This document shows positions 59,400 to 64,000 of a DNA stretch of 64,000 nucleotides, one piece after another; within the stretch, counting starts at the first letter, position 1; each line of letters starts with the position of its first letter. Position numbers and translations under genes: made by a program. Under the pieces are notes generated by a model. It was given only the letters and a program-made list of their open reading frames with translations, was not told the origin of the DNA and ran no database searches. Source of the DNA: an uncultured Gammaproteobacteria bacterium (GTDB lineage: Bacteria > Patescibacteriota > Patescibacteriia > S139-126); NCBI GenBank assembly GCA_964493305.1, contig CAZBLW010000002.1, positions 142,812 to 206,811 of the forward strand. The letters are read 5' to 3'.

Positions 59400-59543
59400 T
59401 CTTGCCAAAATTATCTAAGTTTGATATATTATGTTTTGTTATCAAGTTAGGATACAGGATATAGGAGATAGGGTTTTAGGATTAATTACAAAATTAAAAT
59501 AAATTAGTAATTAATAATTAGTAATTAGTCATTTTACTTTTAT

Positions 59544-59619
59544 GGGTCGTTAGCTCAGTTGGTAGAGCGCCAGGCTTTTAACCTGGGCGTCACAGGTTCG
59601 AATCCTGTACGACCCACCA
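59544..59619 (+). tRNA. tRNA-Lys (anticodon TTT), CCA encoded
   Basis: Cloverleaf: GGGTCGT acceptor, D-arm GCTCAGTTGGTAGAGC, anticodon loop CTTTTAA, T-arm ACAGGTTCGAATCCTGT, 3' ACGACCCACCA. Confidence 0.85.
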
Positions 59620-59626
59620 CTGTTTA

Positions 59627-59660
59627 CTCCACCCTAATTATCAGGGTGTTTTTTTATTGA
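59627..59660 (+). terminator. Terminator after tRNA-Lys
   Basis: caccct-aattatc-agggtg followed by a T-run. Confidence 0.55.
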
Positions 59661-59743
59661 CAAAATTAATATTTTTGCTAGCATAAGTAAATTGCGATCT
59701 TTTATAATTAACAAAAATAAACACAAATTGACGGAGGTCATTC

Positions 59744-61123
59744 TTGGAAAATCTATCTTTTTCTTGGTTGGTTATTTTGCCTTTTGCTTTTATGCTCGGC
59801 ATAATTGCCATTTTTCCTTTATGGAAAAAAACTACCCACAGTTGGGAAAAAAATTTATTTAAGCTATCACTAGCTTTAGTATTAGGTATCCCGGTAGCTA
59901 TTTGGATGTTAGTAATTGGTCAAAGCCAAGCGGTTATTCATGCGCTAGTTGAATACGGTCAGTTTATTATCTTACTTACAACTTTATTTGTTATTTCTGG
60001 CAATGTTTTTTTGCAAGGCGATATTGAGGCCACACCAATAACCAATGTAAAATTTTTAGCTGTCGGCGGAATCCTAGCTTCTTTTATTGGTACTACTGGA
60101 GCAGCCATGATACTAATTAGACCCTTGCTCAATACCAACAAAGAAAGAAAGTATGTAGTTCATACGGTGGTATTTTTTATTTTTATTGTGGCTAATTGTG
60201 GTGGACTACTTACTCCTTTGGGTGATCCACCTTTGTTTTTGGGTATGCTCAGAGGCGTGCCTTTTAGTTGGACGTTTAATCTATGGTTAGAATGGTTATT
60301 TGTAGTCGGAATATTGTTGTTATTGTATTTTTTAATGGACGGTTATTATTATCAACATGAACCAACAAGCAATATCATCAGAGATCAAACTAATATCTTA
60401 CCAATCAAGTTGATTGGAAAAAGAAATTTATTGCTGTTGTTTGGAGTAGTTTTAGCCGTTGCTTTTGCTCCATCAATTGATTTGACTGCTTATCATCATA
60501 GCCATGATATGGCCAAGCTTATACCAGTTAGAGAAATAGTTATGGGACTTCTGATATTATTATCTCTACGTGGTCCCCAGGTAGCTCGCCGACAAAATGA
60601 ATTCAATTATCACGCCATTCAAGAGGTAGCCGCTTTGTTTATTGGTATATTCCTTACCATGATTCCCGCCCTGATGTTTTTACGGCAAATTGCTCCCACT
60701 TTACCATTAAACGAAATAACTTTTTTTATTTTTACTGGCGGTTTGAGTTCAGTACTTGATAACGCCCCAACTTATTTAACTTTTTTTGAAATGGCTCAAG
60801 CAATGGGCGGTGAACCAGCGGTAGCTGGTGTTTACGAACCGTATTTGATTTCCATTTCTTTGGGAGCAGTATTTTGTGGAGCGATGACCTATATTGGCAA
60901 TGGTCCAAATTTTATGGTTAAAGCCATAGCTGAAGAAAGAAATATTAATATGCCTTCTTTTGTAGGTTATTTAAAGTGGTCACTAACTATTTTAGTTCCT
61001 TTGTTTACTGCGCTGGTAATGATATTTATTGCTGGTGGTTGGTGGATGGTGATTGGCTCTAGTTTTTTGACACTTTATATTTTGTTCTTTTTTTATTTGA
61101 GTTATCAAAAAAAACGCGTATAG
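59744..61123 (+). CDS. Polytopic membrane transporter (ArsB/NhaD-like ion transporter superfamily, tentative)
   Basis: 459 aa with about 11-13 hydrophobic segments. Family call is from overall architecture only. Confidence 0.35.
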   Translation: MENLSFSWLVILPFAFMLGIIAIFPLWKKTTHSWEKNLFKLSLALVLGIPVAIWMLVIGQSQAVIHALVEYGQFIILLTTLFVISGNVFLQGDIEATPITNVKFLAVGGILASFIGTTGAAMILIRPLLNTNKERKYVVHTVVFFIFIVANCGGLLTPLGDPPLFLGMLRGVPFSWTFNLWLEWLFVVGILLLLYFLMDGYYYQHEPTSNIIRDQTNILPIKLIGKRNLLLLFGVVLAVAFAPSIDLTAYHHSHDMAKLIPVREIVMGLLILLSLRGPQVARRQNEFNYHAIQEVAALFIGIFLTMIPALMFLRQIAPTLPLNEITFFIFTGGLSSVLDNAPTYLTFFEMAQAMGGEPAVAGVYEPYLISISLGAVFCGAMTYIGNGPNFMVKAIAEERNINMPSFVGYLKWSLTILVPLFTALVMIFIAGGWWMVIGSSFLTLYILFFFYLSYQKKRV

Positions 61124-61200
61124 TGAAATCTCAGCCCTGATCAATCAGGGCTTTTTTATTTGTTTTTAAATTATATGTTATACTTTATTTAGAAAATATT

Positions 61201-63954
61201 ATGGATAAAACAATTTTACAAAAAGATTTTCATAGTTTGGAAACTGACCAAGTCATAGAAATTTTGGCTAGTTCAATATATGGTTTAGCAAATGATGAAG
61301 TTGCTGCCAGGTTGAAGAATTTTGGAACCAATGTTTTACCAGAGCAAAAAAAGACGTCGAAGTTGCTGATGTTTTTTTCCCAATTCAATAGCTTGTTAGT
61401 TTATTTATTGTTGGGAGCGGCGGTTTTGTCATTTTATTTTGATCATCTGGTTGATGCAGTAGTTATTTTTATTGTGGTGATATTTAATGCTGTTTTTGGT
61501 TTTGTACAAGAGTATCGTTCGGCCAAAGCAATTGCTGCTTTGAAAAAATTAGTCAAAGATACAATCCGAGTTTTACGCAATGGCCAACAGATTGAGATTG
61601 AGGTGGCCCAGTTAGTTCCCGGCGATATTATGCTGGTGGCAGAAGGTGATAAATTACCGGCTGATGGGCGGGTAATTGAAGCTAAGAATTTACTTATCAA
61701 TGAAGCTTCACTGACTGGGGAATCTTTGCCACAAAGAAAGTCAGCGGCTGAGGTTAAACCCAAAACCGCCCTGCAAGAAAGAACCAATATGATTTATAGC
61801 GGCACAGTAGTGGTAGCCGGTGAGGGTAAAGTTATAGTTACTGCCACTGGGATGTATACTGAGTTAGGAAAAATAGCTACGCAAGTACAAAGTTCCAAAA
61901 AAGGTAAAAGTCATTTTATGGACAAAGTTGATCACTTGGGTAAACAATTGGCAATTATTGCTATAATTGGTTCTTTATTGGTAGTTTTAATCGGCTGGTT
62001 CAATGATTTTGCTTGGTTTGATTTATTGTTATTTGGTATTGCCTCAGCCGTATCCGGTATTCCTGAGGGTTTGCCAGTAGTATTGGTAGTAGTTTTGGCA
62101 ATTGGTGTACAAAGGATGGCTAAGCGTCAAGCTATTGTTAAACATCTGGCCTCGGTAGAACCATTGGGAATGGTCGATGTCATCTGTACTGACAAGACCG
62201 GTACGTTGACTAAAAATGTTATGACGGTGACGAATATTTTTTATGGTGGTAAGGATGTAGCTGTCAGCGGCACGGGTTATAAATTGGTGGGAGATTTTTG
62301 GTTGGATAAAAATAAAATTGTACCCCTGACTGATCCTTGGTTATCACGTATCTTGCTGGCTGGTTCAATCGTACATCATTCTTCTTTGGTATTGAAATCA
62401 GATGAAGACAATAAAGAAGAAGCGGCAGCGGTGGTGGGCGATCCCACTGAGGTAGCTTTGATGATTGCTGCTCACAAGGCCGGACTTAGTAAGGAACAAT
62501 TGTTGGTTGATAATAAAGTAATAGATAATTTGCCCTTCAATTCTGATTATAAATTTCAATCAGCTCTGGTAAGTAGTAAATTACCCGATGATTCTTGGGA
62601 AAACAATTTATATACCATTGGTGCTTTGGAGTCGTTATGGCCACGTTGTAAAAAAATTTTATGGCAGGGTGAAGAAAAAAAGCTAAGCAAAGATTTAGCT
62701 GAACAATATAATAAAAAACATAAAGAATTGGCTCAAGCCGGCCATCGACTGATTGCCATTGGTTATAAAAAAGTTAGCATTAAACAAAGTGAAATCAATC
62801 ATGAAGATGTCGATAGTTTAACTCTACTTGGCTTATTTGCCATTATTGATCCGCCCAGGGAGGAGGTAAAAGTTGCTATTGAATTATGTCAACGAGCTGG
62901 CATCAGAGTGGTGATGATTACTGGTGACAACATCGATACGGCTACTGCCATTGGCAATCAAATTGGTTTGCTGCAAAAAAAGGATAACCCAGGGCAAGTT
63001 TATACTGATATGGAAATAGCTGATTTCAACGACAAACAGTTTGCTGAGATGGCTAGTAAGGTAAAAATTTTAGCTAGAGTATCGCCGACAACCAAAATGC
63101 GTCTTGTCAAAGCCCTTCAGGCTACAGGACACACTGTGGCAATGACCGGTGATGGAGTTAATGACGCCCCGGCTTTACAACAAGCTGATATAGGTGTAGC
63201 TATGGGTAAGGTAGGTACTGACGTTGCTCGAGAAGCAGCAGAGATTATATTGGCCGATGATAATTTTGCCACCTTAGTTAAAGCAGTTGAAGAAGGCAGA
63301 GCAGTATTCAATAACGTCAGAAGAACCTCGGCTTTTTTGGTAACTACCAACGTGGCTGAGTTTTTAACATTGATAGTCATGTTGTTATTGGGCGTTGGTA
63401 TGCCACTGTTACCAATTCAAATTTTGTGGCTGAATTTGGTGACCGATGGGTTTGCCGGCATTTCACTGGCTACGGAAAAAACTCACGGAGATGTATTGTA
63501 CCGAGAACCGTTTCCTCGGGGTACAAAAATTTTAAATAAAGAGGTATTTGATTTGATTTTTATTGTTGGTTTGTTGATGGTTATGTGTGCGATAGTAATT
63601 GGTTATCCTATCCTCAAAGCCGGTTTGCCTGAGTATGGTCGCAGTTTGATTTTTGCCAGTATGTCACTGTTGCAGTTGTGGAATGTCTATAACTTGCGAT
63701 CAATGAATAAATCTATTTGGCGAGTCGGTTGGTTCAACAACAATTATATTAATATCGGTATCCTAGCATCATTGTTTATGATGTTGGTAGTAATGTATGT
63801 TCCATTTTTACAAGACGTATTTTCTTTTGTGCCTTTAACCTTTAAGGATTGGTTGATGATTGTACCTCTGACTTTCTCGGTGGTCATCGGAGTGGAGATT
63901 TATAAATATTTTAAATTTTATGATAAACGTTTATTTAAAAAGACAGATGCTTGA
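61201..63954 (+). CDS. P-type cation-transporting ATPase (type II, Ca2+/Mg2+-type)
   Basis: DKTGTLT phosphorylation motif, TGDGVNDAPAL hinge motif, TGES actuator motif. 917 aa. Confidence 0.85.
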   Translation: MDKTILQKDFHSLETDQVIEILASSIYGLANDEVAARLKNFGTNVLPEQKKTSKLLMFFSQFNSLLVYLLLGAAVLSFYFDHLVDAVVIFIVVIFNAVFGFVQEYRSAKAIAALKKLVKDTIRVLRNGQQIEIEVAQLVPGDIMLVAEGDKLPADGRVIEAKNLLINEASLTGESLPQRKSAAEVKPKTALQERTNMIYSGTVVVAGEGKVIVTATGMYTELGKIATQVQSSKKGKSHFMDKVDHLGKQLAIIAIIGSLLVVLIGWFNDFAWFDLLLFGIASAVSGIPEGLPVVLVVVLAIGVQRMAKRQAIVKHLASVEPLGMVDVICTDKTGTLTKNVMTVTNIFYGGKDVAVSGTGYKLVGDFWLDKNKIVPLTDPWLSRILLAGSIVHHSSLVLKSDEDNKEEAAAVVGDPTEVALMIAAHKAGLSKEQLLVDNKVIDNLPFNSDYKFQSALVSSKLPDDSWENNLYTIGALESLWPRCKKILWQGEEKKLSKDLAEQYNKKHKELAQAGHRLIAIGYKKVSIKQSEINHEDVDSLTLLGLFAIIDPPREEVKVAIELCQRAGIRVVMITGDNIDTATAIGNQIGLLQKKDNPGQVYTDMEIADFNDKQFAEMASKVKILARVSPTTKMRLVKALQATGHTVAMTGDGVNDAPALQQADIGVAMGKVGTDVAREAAEIILADDNFATLVKAVEEGRAVFNNVRRTSAFLVTTNVAEFLTLIVMLLLGVGMPLLPIQILWLNLVTDGFAGISLATEKTHGDVLYREPFPRGTKILNKEVFDLIFIVGLLMVMCAIVIGYPILKAGLPEYGRSLIFASMSLLQLWNVYNLRSMNKSIWRVGWFNNNYINIGILASLFMMLVVMYVPFLQDVFSFVPLTFKDWLMIVPLTFSVVIGVEIYKYFKFYDKRLFKKTDA

Positions 63955-64000
63955 CCAAGTAAAAAATTTTTGCTATAATTAATATATGGTGAGACAAATA

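Overview
This window reads as a low-GC CPR/Patescibacteria-like chromosome segment: uL30 is missing between rpsE and rplO, ribosomal proteins carry extensions, and rpsN is the zinc-binding type Z form.

**Core region (23.5-64 kb).** This is a long conserved core. It contains comF, a ClpC/ClpB-type chaperone, htpX, lemA, a 1039-aa secreted repeat protein convergent with a protein carrying a T9SS-type C-terminal sorting domain, and an NMO/FabK-like flavoenzyme. The str-S10-spc ribosomal cluster runs rpsL-rpsG-fusA-tuf-rpsJ...rplO-secY-adk-map. It is followed by ruvX, an MraY/WecA-like GT4 transferase, a DUF192 lipoprotein, a 544-aa coiled-coil protein, rplU, recR, ybaB, dnaB, a lytic transglycosylase, tRNA-Lys(TTT), a permease and a P-type ATPase.

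**Mobile DNA (1 to about 23.4 kb).** This stretch appears to be mobile DNA integrated at the 3' end of a tRNA-Ser(GCT) gene on the minus strand at 23392..23485.
- An imperfect direct repeat of the tRNA-flanking sequence occurs at 3897..3966 and 23328..23397, which suggests two tandem elements.
- Each element carries a large serine recombinase. The two recombinases are diverged paralogues, and each is preceded by a conserved ~50-bp sequence with a 22-bp identical core.
- Each element also carries a diverged copy of a phage-packaging-like module: a ParB-domain DNA methyltransferase followed by a TerS-like HTH gene.
- The left element retains a terminase large subunit and continues beyond the window start.
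- The right element is AT-rich. It lacks terL and structural genes, which is satellite/PICI-like, and it is filled with defence-type cargo:
  - a membrane-anchored SNase-like thermonuclease;
  - a GC-rich structured non-coding element;
  - a PD-(D/E)xK-like 208-aa protein convergent with a tight three-gene operon of a HigB-like toxin, an XRE-HTH/ImmA-IrrE peptidase fusion, and an unknown 372-aa protein;
  - a complete prr-like type I R-M operon in the order hsdM (with an N-terminal excisionase-type HTH), hsdS, a 728-aa RloC/PrrC-like ABC ATPase with a CxxC-containing insert, hsdR, and a DUF45/YgjP metallohydrolase.

**Top candidates.** The uncharacterised toxin/peptidase/372-aa operon with its PD-(D/E)xK neighbour, and the RloC-like gene embedded in the R-M operon, are the most interesting candidate novel defence components.

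All calls rest on motif recognition from the translated ORFs and on reading the DNA by eye. No database searches were run.
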